DNA of 64,000 nucleotides from Actinomycetes bacterium (GTDB taxonomy: Bacteria > Actinomycetota > Acidimicrobiia > Acidimicrobiales > Ilumatobacteraceae): contig JAIOPC010000011.1 in assembly GCA_021414085.1 (NCBI GenBank), positions 128,914 through 192,913 of the forward strand, read 5' to 3'. Below the pieces are notes generated by a model, which was not told the DNA's origin, did not search any database, and worked only from the letters and a program-made list of their open reading frames with translations. The position numbers and the translations under genes are program-made. Shown in pieces: positions 37,055-46,924 of this stretch (position 1 is the stretch's first letter; each line of letters begins with the position of its first letter).

Positions 37055-38897
37055 CACAGCACCACCGGGAGCCTGGTGGGTTGGAACCGATGAATCTGGT
37101 GGAATCCCGAACCCGGGGAGACCCGACATCAAGCCTCCGCCCAACTGGCGTTTGGAAGCGGTCGTCGCGACGGAGCGGCCGCGCCAATGCGAGCTGTCGC
37201 CCGATGGCACGACGTTGGCATTCATGCTCGATCGCGACACGTCCGACGTCTGGACGATCGCCGTTGCGGGCGGACAGCCGCAACCAGTCACCAGTGGTCG
37301 GCCACGAGCGGCGTACTGGGAAGACGGCAATGCCAAGTGGTCGCCAGATGGCAGCCGCCTTGCGTACACGCAGGGCGGCAAAGTGTGCGTCGTTGCAGCG
37401 GCGGGCGGAGTCGCCACCGAGGTGTGCTCTGGTTCCGGCCCGGTTTGGGTAGACGACGAGCGCTTGCTCGTCGGCATTGATCGTGAAGAGCGCACGGTGC
37501 TGTGCACAGTCGATATCGCTGACGCCTGGCCGCAGCCCTTGGCCAACGCTGGAGCTGACTATGTGACATCCGTGGTGTCGCCCGATCGTCGGCAGGTTGC
37601 GTACACCGTCTTTCATCACGACGATCTCAACTGCGTCAGCTTGCACGTTGCCGACATCGGCTCCGCTGCGACTCGTTCGTTGGTGCACAATCCGGGTTTC
37701 GCGCTACGCAGCCCGACATGGTCACCCGATGGTACGCAGCTTGCGTTCGCGAGCGAGTGGCCCGGCTGGTACGAGATCTTCGTGGTCAATGCCAGCGATG
37801 GCAGCGCTCCGCGCCAACTCACCACTGCCGGCGCAGACTTCGCAGATCTCGCGTTCTCCGCTGACGGCGCGTCACTGCTCGCCACGCGCAGTCGTCACGG
37901 AGTAACGGACCTAGTTGTGGTCGACCTGGAGTCCGGCTCGCTGAGCGTGCTCGCCGAGGGCGGCACATGGTCGTCGCCGCGTTGGTTGCCTGATGGATCG
38001 GTCGCGGCGGTGTTCGAATCGTTTACCACCGCACCACGTCTGCGCGTGATCGGGATTGATGGCGCGGTTCGCGACCTCTTCGTGCCGACACCCGTGCAAG
38101 TGCTTGCCGCTCCACACATCGTTCCCGAGCACGTCACGTACGCGTCGCTCGATGGAGTGAAAGTGCACGGCTGGCTGTATCGGCCGAGTGGCGCGACCCC
38201 GGGTGCGCCTTGCCCGGCCGTGGTGTATCCCCACGGTGGACCAACGTCGGTGACGGGCGACGAGTGGGACGGTGTCGCGCAGTACTTCTTGGACAAGGGG
38301 TACGCCTGGTTCGCGATCAACTTTCGGGGCAGTACCACCTATGGCCTGGAATTCGAACGTGCGAACCACGGCGTATGGGGCGTCGCGGATACGCACGACT
38401 GTCTTGCGGCCTACGACTACCTTGCCGCGCTGGACTGGATTGATCCGACGCGGGTGGCCATCTTTGGCGCCAGCTACGGCAGTTACATGGCGCTGCACTC
38501 CGTGGTCGACGACCCGGGCAATCGTTACAGGTGCGCGATCGCGAAGTACGGCGACTGCGACATCCTCACGTCGTGGGCGCAGGGCGACCTGGTGGGCCGC
38601 CTCGATCTCGAACGCATGATGGGTCACCCGCGGGTCGCTCGCGCCGAATACGCGGCTGGTTCGCCAGTTCATCGCATCGAGCACTTGGACGTGCCGTTGC
38701 TGATTGCGCACGGCGAACTCGATACGCGTGTACATCCGAACCAATCGAAGGAACTCGTTGAGGCCCTGCGTCGAGAAGGCAAACAGTTCGAATATGTCAC
38801 GTACCCAACTGAGGGTCATGGTCTCTTGCGACCAGAGCCATTTCTGCACTTTCACCGCCGAATGGAACGCTTCCTTGATTGGTATCTAATGCCGTAG
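37029..38897 (+). CDS. S9 prolyl-oligopeptidase-family serine peptidase with beta-propeller
   Basis: N-terminal propeller repeats (SPDG..LAF). Catalytic GASYGSYMA, and Asp/His in HGELDTRV and EGHGL. Start is 37029 or 37047; either overlaps the HDAC-like stop. Confidence 0.85.
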   Translation: MDLGNDMADTAPPGAWWVGTDESGGIPNPGRPDIKPPPNWRLEAVVATERPRQCELSPDGTTLAFMLDRDTSDVWTIAVAGGQPQPVTSGRPRAAYWEDGNAKWSPDGSRLAYTQGGKVCVVAAAGGVATEVCSGSGPVWVDDERLLVGIDREERTVLCTVDIADAWPQPLANAGADYVTSVVSPDRRQVAYTVFHHDDLNCVSLHVADIGSAATRSLVHNPGFALRSPTWSPDGTQLAFASEWPGWYEIFVVNASDGSAPRQLTTAGADFADLAFSADGASLLATRSRHGVTDLVVVDLESGSLSVLAEGGTWSSPRWLPDGSVAAVFESFTTAPRLRVIGIDGAVRDLFVPTPVQVLAAPHIVPEHVTYASLDGVKVHGWLYRPSGATPGAPCPAVVYPHGGPTSVTGDEWDGVAQYFLDKGYAWFAINFRGSTTYGLEFERANHGVWGVADTHDCLAAYDYLAALDWIDPTRVAIFGASYGSYMALHSVVDDPGNRYRCAIAKYGDCDILTSWAQGDLVGRLDLERMMGHPRVARAEYAAGSPVHRIEHLDVPLLIAHGELDTRVHPNQSKELVEALRREGKQFEYVTYPTEGHGLLRPEPFLHFHRRMERFLDWYLMP

Positions 38898-38979
38898 CGC
38901 GGCGTTCCTGGCTGAGCGCAGAGTGTGCCAACATTGCCGAAACGGTGGTGCAGGAATGCACGCAACTCGGGAGGCGCAC

Positions 38980-40800
38980 ATGAAGCGACAGTCGTGGGGT
39001 ATTGCGCTGGCGGTCGCCGCCGGCGGCTTGATCGTGGGGACAACGCAAGTCACGACGACTGGTGCCAGCTCGCCTGGGGCGACGGTCACTCTCACCGTGG
39101 GTCTGCAGCAAGACCTTGATACTCCCAACGTCACCGCTGGTTACCTGGTCGCGAGCTACGAGCTGTGGAACCTGCAGTACGCAACGCTGACCGACAAGGC
39201 TGCCAACGACTTCGCGACGATCCCCGGTCTCGCGGAGTCGTGGACGGCCAGCAACGACGGCCTCACGTACACCTACACGCTTCGTGACGGACTGAAGTGG
39301 AGCGACGACCAACCGTTGACCGCAGAAGATGTCGCGTGGACTATCAACACGTCGCGCGATCAAGTGTGGCTCAACCACTCAGCGGTCACCGCCAATCTGA
39401 CTGCGGTCGCGCTTGACGACCGAACGGTTGAGATCACCTCGGCTGTTCCCGACCCCAAGTTGCCGACAATGGATGTCTACATCCTGCCCAAGCACATTTG
39501 GGAAGAGCCGGCCGCCGGCGACGTGACCACCTACGAAGCACTCGATGGCGTCGGCTCCGGTCCGTTCACGTTGAAGGAATGGAAGCCTGGCCAGGAGTGG
39601 ACCATGGAGGCAAACCCCAACTATTGGCAGGGCGTTGCCGCCATCGATCAGGTTGTGTTCCGGCTGTACACCGATGGCGGCGCGATGGCTGCTGCTCTCG
39701 AGAATGGCGAGATCGACGCCGCGCACAACCTGCCCGCTGAGCTCTTCGTTGAGATGAGCAAGCACGTGCCGTCGCCGGACTTAAGAGACGGCGAGCAAGG
39801 GATTGTGACCGTGGCCGGCGAGCAGGGCGGTTTCACCGAGCTGGCGATGAACGGCATGGCCGGTGGCCTCGGCGATGGCCATCCGGCGTTGCTCGACATC
39901 GACGTTCGGCACGCCGTCGCACTCGCCATTAACCGCGACGAGCTGTTCGAGCGCGTTGCCCTCGGCATTGGCACGCAGCGCGACACGTTGGGTGTTTCGC
40001 CGAACACCGAATGGAATCCCGAAATCCCGGCGGACCAACAGTTGAACTACGACCCCGCGAAGGCCAACGAACTGCTCGACAACGGTGGCTATCTCGACAC
40101 CGATGGCGATGGGGTACGCGAGATGCCAGACGGAAGTCGCTCGTTGACGTTCCGGTACGCCGAGCGCTCGGAGAGCACGCAGGCCGAAGGAATTCGCGAG
40201 TTGGTGACTGGTTGGCTCGCCGAGGTGGGCATCGCCACCGAAGTCTCGGTGTACGACGACACACAATTGACCGACATCATCGCCTCTGGCGAGTACGACA
40301 TGTTTGTCTGGGGATGGACCCCGTTCGTCGATCCCGACACGTTGCTCAGCTATTTCAAGTGCGATCAGGTCACCACCGACGTGGCCAACCCGCTCTACAA
40401 CGACGCCAACTGGTGCAGCCCGGAATACGACGCGCTTTACGCCGAGCAAAACCAAGAGCTGGATCACGCGCGGCGTGTGGAAATCGTGCACGAGATGCTC
40501 ACGCTCTTCCACAACGAGTCGACGTATGTCGTTCTCTATCACGACGCCGAAACGCAGGCCTATCGCACGGACCGGTTCGAAGGCTGGTTGCGCCAACCCG
40601 CCGACATCGGCCCCGTGCTGTTCAGCAATTCGTCGCCGACGTATTACAACCTGAAGCCGTTGGCAGGTGGGACCGGCGATGACAGTGGCGACTCGTCGAC
40701 TGCGATGACGATCTTGCTGATAGCTGGCGGCGTGGCGGTCTTGGCGGCGGCCGGATTCGTCGTCATACGGTCGAGGTCGCGGCGCGACGAAAGGGACTGA
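38980..40800 (+). CDS. ABC peptide/nickel (family 5) substrate-binding protein with C-terminal TM anchor
   Basis: Sec-type signal MKRQSWGIALAVAAGGLIVG without a lipobox. SBP_bac_5-like body. C-terminus GDDSGDSS-TM(ILLIAGGVAVLAAAGFVVI)-RSRSRRDERD. GGGAGG RBS. Confidence 0.85.
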   Translation: MKRQSWGIALAVAAGGLIVGTTQVTTTGASSPGATVTLTVGLQQDLDTPNVTAGYLVASYELWNLQYATLTDKAANDFATIPGLAESWTASNDGLTYTYTLRDGLKWSDDQPLTAEDVAWTINTSRDQVWLNHSAVTANLTAVALDDRTVEITSAVPDPKLPTMDVYILPKHIWEEPAAGDVTTYEALDGVGSGPFTLKEWKPGQEWTMEANPNYWQGVAAIDQVVFRLYTDGGAMAAALENGEIDAAHNLPAELFVEMSKHVPSPDLRDGEQGIVTVAGEQGGFTELAMNGMAGGLGDGHPALLDIDVRHAVALAINRDELFERVALGIGTQRDTLGVSPNTEWNPEIPADQQLNYDPAKANELLDNGGYLDTDGDGVREMPDGSRSLTFRYAERSESTQAEGIRELVTGWLAEVGIATEVSVYDDTQLTDIIASGEYDMFVWGWTPFVDPDTLLSYFKCDQVTTDVANPLYNDANWCSPEYDALYAEQNQELDHARRVEIVHEMLTLFHNESTYVVLYHDAETQAYRTDRFEGWLRQPADIGPVLFSNSSPTYYNLKPLAGGTGDDSGDSSTAMTILLIAGGVAVLAAAGFVVIRSRSRRDERD

Positions 40801-40809
40801 GCACCGCAC

Positions 40810-41775
40810 GTGCGCGCCGGATTCGTCATACGAAAATGCATCGGAGCGATCAGCACGCTCGCGTTCGTTGTCGTGTTCAACTTCTTCCTGTTCCGCATCG
40901 TGAATCGCGATCCCGTCAACTCGATGTTTCGCGGGCGGAATCTGAAGCCCGAAAAACTTGCCGAGCTGCGGCGCAAGTTCAATCTCGACGGCTCGAAGTG
41001 GGATCAGTTCGTTGCGTACCTCCGTCAGTTGTTGCACGGTGATCTCGGCTACTCGCTGAAAGGCTTCCGACCGGTCGCGACAGTGATCGGCGAAACGTTG
41101 TGGCCGACCGTGCTGTTGGTCGGAACCAGCACGTTCTTGGCGATGATCGGTATCACGATCGGCTATCGGGCGGGATGGCGTCGGGGGAGTAAGTTCGACA
41201 CGACCGCCACCTCGCTGTCGATGCTGACGTATTCGATGCCGGAATTCTGGATCGGCATGGTGTTCCTGGGATTGTTCTCGGCCAAGCTCGGCTGGTTTCC
41301 GGTCGGCGGTTTGGAGGATCCGGGCAGTCATGCCACCGGCCTGACTAAGTGGCTCGATCAGTTGCATCACATGCTGTTGCCGGCAACCGTGCTTGGGCTG
41401 GCCTACGTCGGTGAGTACATGATCGTTGCTCGATCGGCGATGATTGAAACCCTCAACGAGGACTACCTCCAACTCGCGCGCGCGAAGGGAATGCGTGACG
41501 ACGAGGTCCGTCGGCGGCATGCCGTGCCCAACGCCCGACTGCCGGTTGTGAGTCTCTCGGCGATCAACTTCGGCTTCATCTTCGGCGGTGCGATCGCGGT
41601 TGAGTCGATCTTCTCCTGGCCCGGAATTGGGCAGGCTACGTATCTCGCTGTGCGCGGGCCCGACCTGCCGATGCTGCAGGGTCTCTTCTTGCTGATCAGC
41701 GCGGGTGTGATTCTGGCCAACCTTGTCGCCGACGTGTTGTACGGCAAACTCGATCCACGGGTCGCGGGCCGATGA
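40810..41775 (+). CDS. ABC peptide transporter permease (DppB/OppB-like)
   Basis: Six TM helices. Conserved N-terminus IRKCIGAISTLAFVVVFNFFLFRI. BPD_transp_1 loop. Confidence 0.88.
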   Translation: MRAGFVIRKCIGAISTLAFVVVFNFFLFRIVNRDPVNSMFRGRNLKPEKLAELRRKFNLDGSKWDQFVAYLRQLLHGDLGYSLKGFRPVATVIGETLWPTVLLVGTSTFLAMIGITIGYRAGWRRGSKFDTTATSLSMLTYSMPEFWIGMVFLGLFSAKLGWFPVGGLEDPGSHATGLTKWLDQLHHMLLPATVLGLAYVGEYMIVARSAMIETLNEDYLQLARAKGMRDDEVRRRHAVPNARLPVVSLSAINFGFIFGGAIAVESIFSWPGIGQATYLAVRGPDLPMLQGLFLLISAGVILANLVADVLYGKLDPRVAGR

Positions 41776-42689
41776 GCGTCGAAGCCGATCTGCCGCTTGC
41801 GTCGCCGCGCAGCATCCGCTGGTCGCGGCGTCGAGCATCGCTCGCTGAGACCGGGCGTCGTATCCGCAAGGATCGACTCGCGGTGATCGCGTTGCTGGTC
41901 CTGATCGGATTCGTGCTGTTGGCCATCATCACGCCGTGGATCACTGATCGAGCCGACTTCAATGCGATCAATACTGGCAACAACCCGACCAATCAGCCGC
42001 CCAACGGCGACTACCTGCTGGGCACGGATCGCTACGGGCGAAGCGTTGCGCTGCAGCTCATGTGGGGTGCGCGCGTCAGCCTCTTCGTCGGTTTCGTCGC
42101 AACGGTGCTGACCATCGTGATCGGCGTGCTCATCGGCCTTGCCGCCGGCTTCTTCGGTGGTTGGATCGATGCACTGCTGATGCGCATCACCGATTGGTTC
42201 TTGGTGATTCCGTTTCTTCCGACGGCGATTGTGTTGGCGGCCGTGCTCGAGCGCAGTTTGTGGACGGTCGTGTTGGTGATCGGCATTACCTCGTGGCCCA
42301 GCTCCGCCCGCCTTGTTCGTTCGCAGGTCCTGTCGGTTCGCGAGCGGCTCTATGTAGATCGTGCGCGAGCGTTGGGCGCCGGACGGTTGCACATTGTCGG
42401 CCGACACATTCTTCCCAACGTGACGCCGCTGATTTTGGCCAGCGCGACCTTGGCCGTTCCGATCAGCATCCTGACGGAGACGACGCTGTCGTTCCTCGGG
42501 CTCGGCGATCCAACTTCGATTTCGTGGGGCGGAATGCTGGACCAAGCGCAACAGTCGAGCGCGGTGACCGCCGGCCATTGGTGGTACTACTTGCCTCCGG
42601 GTATTGCGATCATGCTGGTCGTGCTGGCGTTCACGATTTTCGGGCGTGCGTTGGAAGAAGTGCTCGACCCGCGGCTGCGTGCGCGATGA
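41772..42689 (+). CDS. ABC peptide transporter permease (DppC/OppC-like)
   Basis: Polytopic. GTDRYGRSV motif typical of OppC/DppC. The start overlaps the upstream stop (ATGA). Confidence 0.88.
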   Translation: MSVEADLPLASPRSIRWSRRRASLAETGRRIRKDRLAVIALLVLIGFVLLAIITPWITDRADFNAINTGNNPTNQPPNGDYLLGTDRYGRSVALQLMWGARVSLFVGFVATVLTIVIGVLIGLAAGFFGGWIDALLMRITDWFLVIPFLPTAIVLAAVLERSLWTVVLVIGITSWPSSARLVRSQVLSVRERLYVDRARALGAGRLHIVGRHILPNVTPLILASATLAVPISILTETTLSFLGLGDPTSISWGGMLDQAQQSSAVTAGHWWYYLPPGIAIMLVVLAFTIFGRALEEVLDPRLRAR

Positions 42690-43675
42690 GTGTGCTCGAG
42701 CTTCGCGACCTGCACATCACGTATCGCACCGAAGGCGGCGACGTGCCGGCGGTGCGCGGCGTCAACCTCACATTGGAGCGTGGCGACACCGTCGGTCTTG
42801 CAGGCGAGTCGGGTTGTGGCAAGAGCACCATCGCAGCCGCCGTTCTGCGGTTGCTGCCCAAGGGCACGAACGTCTCCGGCCAAGTGCTGTTGGAGGGTGA
42901 GGACGTCTATGCGATGAAGCCGGGCCGACTGCGTGCGGTTCGCTGGACGAGCGCCGCCATTGTGTTCCAGGGTGCGCTGCATTCGCTGAACCCGGTGCGC
43001 CGCGTCGGGCATCAAATCGCAGAGGCGATCCGGCTGCACGCGCCGCACGGCAGCGCCGCTCATCACACCGACGCACGAGTGGGCGAATTGCTTGAACGGG
43101 TTGGTTTGCCAGCCGAGCGCGCCCAGCACTACCCGCATCAGCTTTCTGGCGGCCAACGCCAGCGTGTGTTGATTGCACTCGCCCTCGCGTGCGAACCAAA
43201 GTTGCTGATCGCCGACGAGCCGACGACGGCGCTCGACGTCATGGTGCAAGCGCAGGTGTTGGCGCTATTAGAAGAGCTGCAGCGCGATCATGGTTTGTCG
43301 TTGCTGTTCATCACCCATGATCTGTCCGTGCTAACGCACACCTGCGAGAAACTGGCTGTGATGTACGCCGGCCGCATCGTCGAGCAGGGTCCCAGCCAAA
43401 CCGTCTTCAACAGTCCCGAACATCCCTATACGCGCGCGCTGGCGGCATCGTTTCCGACGATTGGCGATCCCGCGTCACGAATGAACCCGCGTGGCCTGGC
43501 GGGGGATCCCCCCGATCCGTCGGCGTTGCCATCGGGTTGCCCGTTTCACATTCGCTGCGATGTTGCCACGCCCGAGTGCACGACGCTCGATGTTGCGCTG
43601 CGCGACGTCGTATCGCCAGGCGCAGCACCGGGTCGCAGCGCGGCGTGTGTGCACGTGGGGGTGGCGCGTGTCTGA
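42686..43675 (+). CDS. ABC peptide transporter ATP-binding protein (DppD/OppD-like)
   Basis: Walker [32 protein letters not shown]-terminal oligo_HPY Cys motif. ATGA overlap with the permease gene. Confidence 0.9.
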   Translation: MSVLELRDLHITYRTEGGDVPAVRGVNLTLERGDTVGLAGESGCGKSTIAAAVLRLLPKGTNVSGQVLLEGEDVYAMKPGRLRAVRWTSAAIVFQGALHSLNPVRRVGHQIAEAIRLHAPHGSAAHHTDARVGELLERVGLPAERAQHYPHQLSGGQRQRVLIALALACEPKLLIADEPTTALDVMVQAQVLALLEELQRDHGLSLLFITHDLSVLTHTCEKLAVMYAGRIVEQGPSQTVFNSPEHPYTRALAASFPTIGDPASRMNPRGLAGDPPDPSALPSGCPFHIRCDVATPECTTLDVALRDVVSPGAAPGRSAACVHVGVARV

Positions 43676-44678
43676 GTCGGTGGTAGAGCTGACCAATGTG
43701 CGAGTGCAGTTCGACGGTGGCCGCGTGCACGCAGTCGACACGGTCTCGCTGCAGGTCGGTCGCGGTGAAGTGGTCGCTCTAGTAGGCGAGTCGGGCTGCG
43801 GCAAGACGACGCTGATTCGGTCGATCATCGGGCTCGAGCCGCTCGCACACGGATCGATTTCGGTTCTCGGCGAGTCGGTTGGTGGGCGGCGCGGTCTGCG
43901 TGCCTTGCGTCGACGCGTGCAGATGATCTTCCAAGATCCGTCGGGGGCGTTGAACCCGCGCCACTCGATCTACGAGGCCGTTGCTGAAGGATTGCGCATT
44001 CATAAGGTGAAGGGTCACGAACCAACGCTTGTTGCGGAGGCGTTGAGCAATGCCGGGCTGCGGCCGCCACACCGTTACCTACGACGGTTTCCGCACGAAC
44101 TCTCCGGCGGTCAGCGCCAGCGCGTGTTGATCGCCGCGGCGATGGCCTTGCAACCCGCGCTGTTGCTCGCCGACGAACCCGTCGCGAGTCTCGATGCATC
44201 GATCCGTGGCGAGATCCTGGCGCTCATGCGGTCGTTCGTTGATCTGCATGGAGTGTCGATCATTGCGGTCACGCACGACTTGGGTCTTGCGTGGAACATC
44301 GCCGACCGCGTCGCCGTCATGTACCTCGGCCGCATCGTCGAGGTCGGGCCTACTGAAGAGGTGCTGCGCGTACCAAAGCACCCGTACACGCAAGCGTTAC
44401 TGAGTGTCGTGCCTGAGGTTGAGGGGCTCCCGCAACAGATCCTCACCGGTGAAACACCCGATCCATCGCGAATTCCCAGCGGATGCCGCTTCCATCCGCG
44501 CTGCCCGCTTGTCGCGTCGGGTGAAGCCGATCGCCTTGGGTTTGGCGACCGGTGTCGTGGGGTCGACTTGGAGTTAGAGCCCGAGGTCGGTGTCCATCGG
44601 GTCGCCTGTCATGCCGTCACGTTCGCCGCTGGGGCGACGCCCACGACTAACGCGAGCGGGACCGCGACCGCCGGCTGA
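43668..44678 (+). CDS. ABC peptide transporter ATP-binding protein (DppF/OppF-like)
   Basis: Walker [31 protein letters not shown]. The GTG at 43668 overlaps the upstream stop by 8 nt. Confidence 0.9.
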   Translation: MSESVVELTNVRVQFDGGRVHAVDTVSLQVGRGEVVALVGESGCGKTTLIRSIIGLEPLAHGSISVLGESVGGRRGLRALRRRVQMIFQDPSGALNPRHSIYEAVAEGLRIHKVKGHEPTLVAEALSNAGLRPPHRYLRRFPHELSGGQRQRVLIAAAMALQPALLLADEPVASLDASIRGEILALMRSFVDLHGVSIIAVTHDLGLAWNIADRVAVMYLGRIVEVGPTEEVLRVPKHPYTQALLSVVPEVEGLPQQILTGETPDPSRIPSGCRFHPRCPLVASGEADRLGFGDRCRGVDLELEPEVGVHRVACHAVTFAAGATPTTNASGTATAG

Positions 44679-44867
44679 TGCCCGCCGATCGAGCCAGGTC
44701 GACACGATCGGTGACAGCAGCGTCACGGCGACGCCCAGCACAAGGGCCATCAGGAATGACTCGATGATCGAGGGTGGCTTGCCGAAGAACGTCATCCGAT
44801 CGAGGATGAGGAAGCCGAAGAAGTAGCTGCTGAACGTGACCAACCGTTGCGTGAGTACAGGGTTCAC
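44574..44867 (-). CDS. small predicted two-TM membrane protein (hypothetical)
   Basis: GC3-rich codons through the hydrophobic part (FSSYFFGFLIL.., FLMALVLGVAVTLLSPIV). GTG start with no clear SD. The 3' end overlaps the oppF-like 3' end by about 105 nt. Confidence 0.35.
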   Translation of the reverse strand: MNPVLTQRLVTFSSYFFGFLILDRMTFFGKPPSIIESFLMALVLGVAVTLLSPIVSTWLDRRASAGGRGPARVSRGRRPSGERDGMTGDPMDTDLGL

Positions 44868-44921
44868 GAAACTCAGTGTGACAGAGCCCCGCCAGCATGG
44901 CTAGGGCCTTTCACTAAATGG

Positions 44922-46889
44922 CTACCGGGCAAATCGTTCGGTCCAGCGCCGGTGACCCACGAGTCTGCCGCCCTGTTCTGCGTGCAACGCGATGTCGACG
45001 TAGAACCACTCCCGATCGCTGCGCATGTTGAGAGTGGCTTGGGCCGTGCAGGTGCCGACGTCAGCGAAGGTCAGCTCGAAGCGCGTTGTTCCCCTCGCCC
45101 ACGCGTGCGACAGATCGGCAGTGCTGACGCCGAGCGAGCCCTTGTAGAGATCCCGAATCTTCGTCCCGCTCGTGCCCTCGTAGTCGCCGCCGTACCTGCT
45201 GTGCACACGCGTCTCGCGTTGCAGCACGTCGTGCTCGTAACGCCACTCGACACCGGCAGCGTCGGAATCACTGGGACCGGCGCCGGGTTGGAACGCATCT
45301 TGCATTGGTGGCAACGACACAGTCGTGCGCAGCAGTAGCCGCACCGACTTGCGGCGTACACCAAGCGCAAAGGGTTGCGCTGGCGGCCAGCAATTCGGCC
45401 AATCGGTACCCGCGATCGCCAGACGAATTCGGTGGCCGGGCAACAAGGTCCATGTGGTTGCCTCGAACTGCAGCTTGAGATCCATCCACTCACCGGGAAC
45501 AATCGGTTGCTCGATAGCACCAACGACTCCGAATGGGTCGCTCGGCCACACGCCGCGCTGCGCGAGATCGAGCATGCCGCGAGTGATCAGCGTGCTGGTT
45601 CCATCGGGGGCAACATCGCACAGTTTCACCGAGATGTGGCCAACTGGTGCCGAGCAACGCACTTGCAGTGCGACCTCACAGTTACCCAATAGCAACGCTT
45701 CGGTCTCGTGCAACCACTCGTAGGTAATGCTGCGTGCGTTGTCGGCGCGCTGATCGAGTGGCTGGCCCCACGGCAATCCGCCAGCACACGAGTTCCAGGC
45801 CATGATGCCGACATCACCGTTCGCGTCGATCTCATCGATCTCTTCCGCTTCCGCATGCACGGATCGTGTGTCTTCGCTCAGTTCTGCAACCGGCCAGTTA
45901 TCGAGCTCGATCCAGTGCCCTTCGTGTAGCGCGAGATCTGGCGCAGGTGGGGTTGGTCGCCGAACGAAGACGCGACCGCGAACCGACGTCGTGGGCGCGC
46001 CGCCGCGCAGATGCTGATCGAAGAAGCGCATGATCTCGAGGTCGCTGTCGATGTTGGGGCCAGGCCGCGCCGTTGACGGATCCTTGTGGCTCCACGGCCC
46101 GGCGATCAGGTGCCAGCCCGGCATTTCATGAATCGTGCGAAAGGTGTTGTTGCGGTAGCCGTCGGCCCAACCCGCGATGAGCAGCACTGGGCACGCCATA
46201 CGTCGGTAACCCTCGTTGGTCGGGCCGAGGCGCACCGAGCCGCGCCGCCACGTCTCGTCGGGACGGGCATGACGCAGCCATTCGATGAGCCATGGCTCGT
46301 TCGTTTCGATACGTCGCTTCCACTCGTCGTGCCAACCATCGCCCCAAAGTTCGGGTGACGGCGGCAAGGCGTTCATTGCGACCATGTACAGCGGATAGTC
46401 GATCAGATCGAGCGCACGCAAGACACCGCCGCAATAGTGCACGTCGTCGCTGGAGCGGTCGTCGGTGGCGTACATCGCCACAACAGCGCCGAGTTGTGGG
46501 ATGCCTTCCATCGCCATGTGTAGCGAGTTGAAGCCCGAGTACGACGTGCCGAACATGCCGACCTTGCCAGTACTCCATGGCTGCACCGCGATCCATTCGA
46601 TCACGGTGCGCAGATCACGGCGCTCGATGTCGGGGTATTCGTCCTCGGCCACGCCACCCGAGGATCCGGTGCCGCGGACGTCGACGCGGAGAACAGCGAA
46701 CTCGCCTTCGCTCGCATACCGCACGTAGCTGGTTGCGTAGGAAGCGGTGATGTCGTCTTTGCGATAGGGGAGCGCTTCGAGAAGCGTTGCGAACGGTCCC
46801 TCGGTGGTGGGCAAGTAGAGCGTCGCCGCGAGGCGAACGCCACCTTCGACCTCGATGAATAGAACCTGTTCTGAAACCTGCACGACCAT
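44922..46889 (-). CDS. CocE/NonD-family hydrolase (X-Pro dipeptidyl-peptidase S15-like)
   Basis: LEALPYRKDD, VDVRGTGSSGG and nucleophile GTSYSG. Large C-terminal beta domain. Confidence 0.85.
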   Translation of the reverse strand: MVVQVSEQVLFIEVEGGVRLAATLYLPTTEGPFATLLEALPYRKDDITASYATSYVRYASEGEFAVLRVDVRGTGSSGGVAEDEYPDIERRDLRTVIEWIAVQPWSTGKVGMFGTSYSGFNSLHMAMEGIPQLGAVVAMYATDDRSSDDVHYCGGVLRALDLIDYPLYMVAMNALPPSPELWGDGWHDEWKRRIETNEPWLIEWLRHARPDETWRRGSVRLGPTNEGYRRMACPVLLIAGWADGYRNNTFRTIHEMPGWHLIAGPWSHKDPSTARPGPNIDSDLEIMRFFDQHLRGGAPTTSVRGRVFVRRPTPPAPDLALHEGHWIELDNWPVAELSEDTRSVHAEAEEIDEIDANGDVGIMAWNSCAGGLPWGQPLDQRADNARSITYEWLHETEALLLGNCEVALQVRCSAPVGHISVKLCDVAPDGTSTLITRGMLDLAQRGVWPSDPFGVVGAIEQPIVPGEWMDLKLQFEATTWTLLPGHRIRLAIAGTDWPNCWPPAQPFALGVRRKSVRLLLRTTVSLPPMQDAFQPGAGPSDSDAAGVEWRYEHDVLQRETRVHSRYGGDYEGTSGTKIRDLYKGSLGVSTADLSHAWARGTTRFELTFADVGTCTAQATLNMRSDREWFYVDIALHAEQGGRLVGHRRWTERFAR

Positions 46890-46924
46890 TCAGGCTAGTA
46901 GCGCGTGCGGTTAGCGTTGGGTGT

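Noticed and set aside
40655-40675. LAGGTG upstream of the SBP C-terminal helix as a class E sortase (LAxTG) signal
   Set aside because: The motif has one residue too many (LAxxTG). It is separated from the hydrophobic helix by about 9 acidic/Ser residues. No sortase gene is in the window. A plain TM anchor is the simpler reading.
39781-41838. 685-aa ORF antisense to the peptide ABC transporter genes
   Set aside because: Same artefact class. The plus-strand SBP and permease genes have clear family motifs, and the antisense product is Arg/His-rich nonsense.
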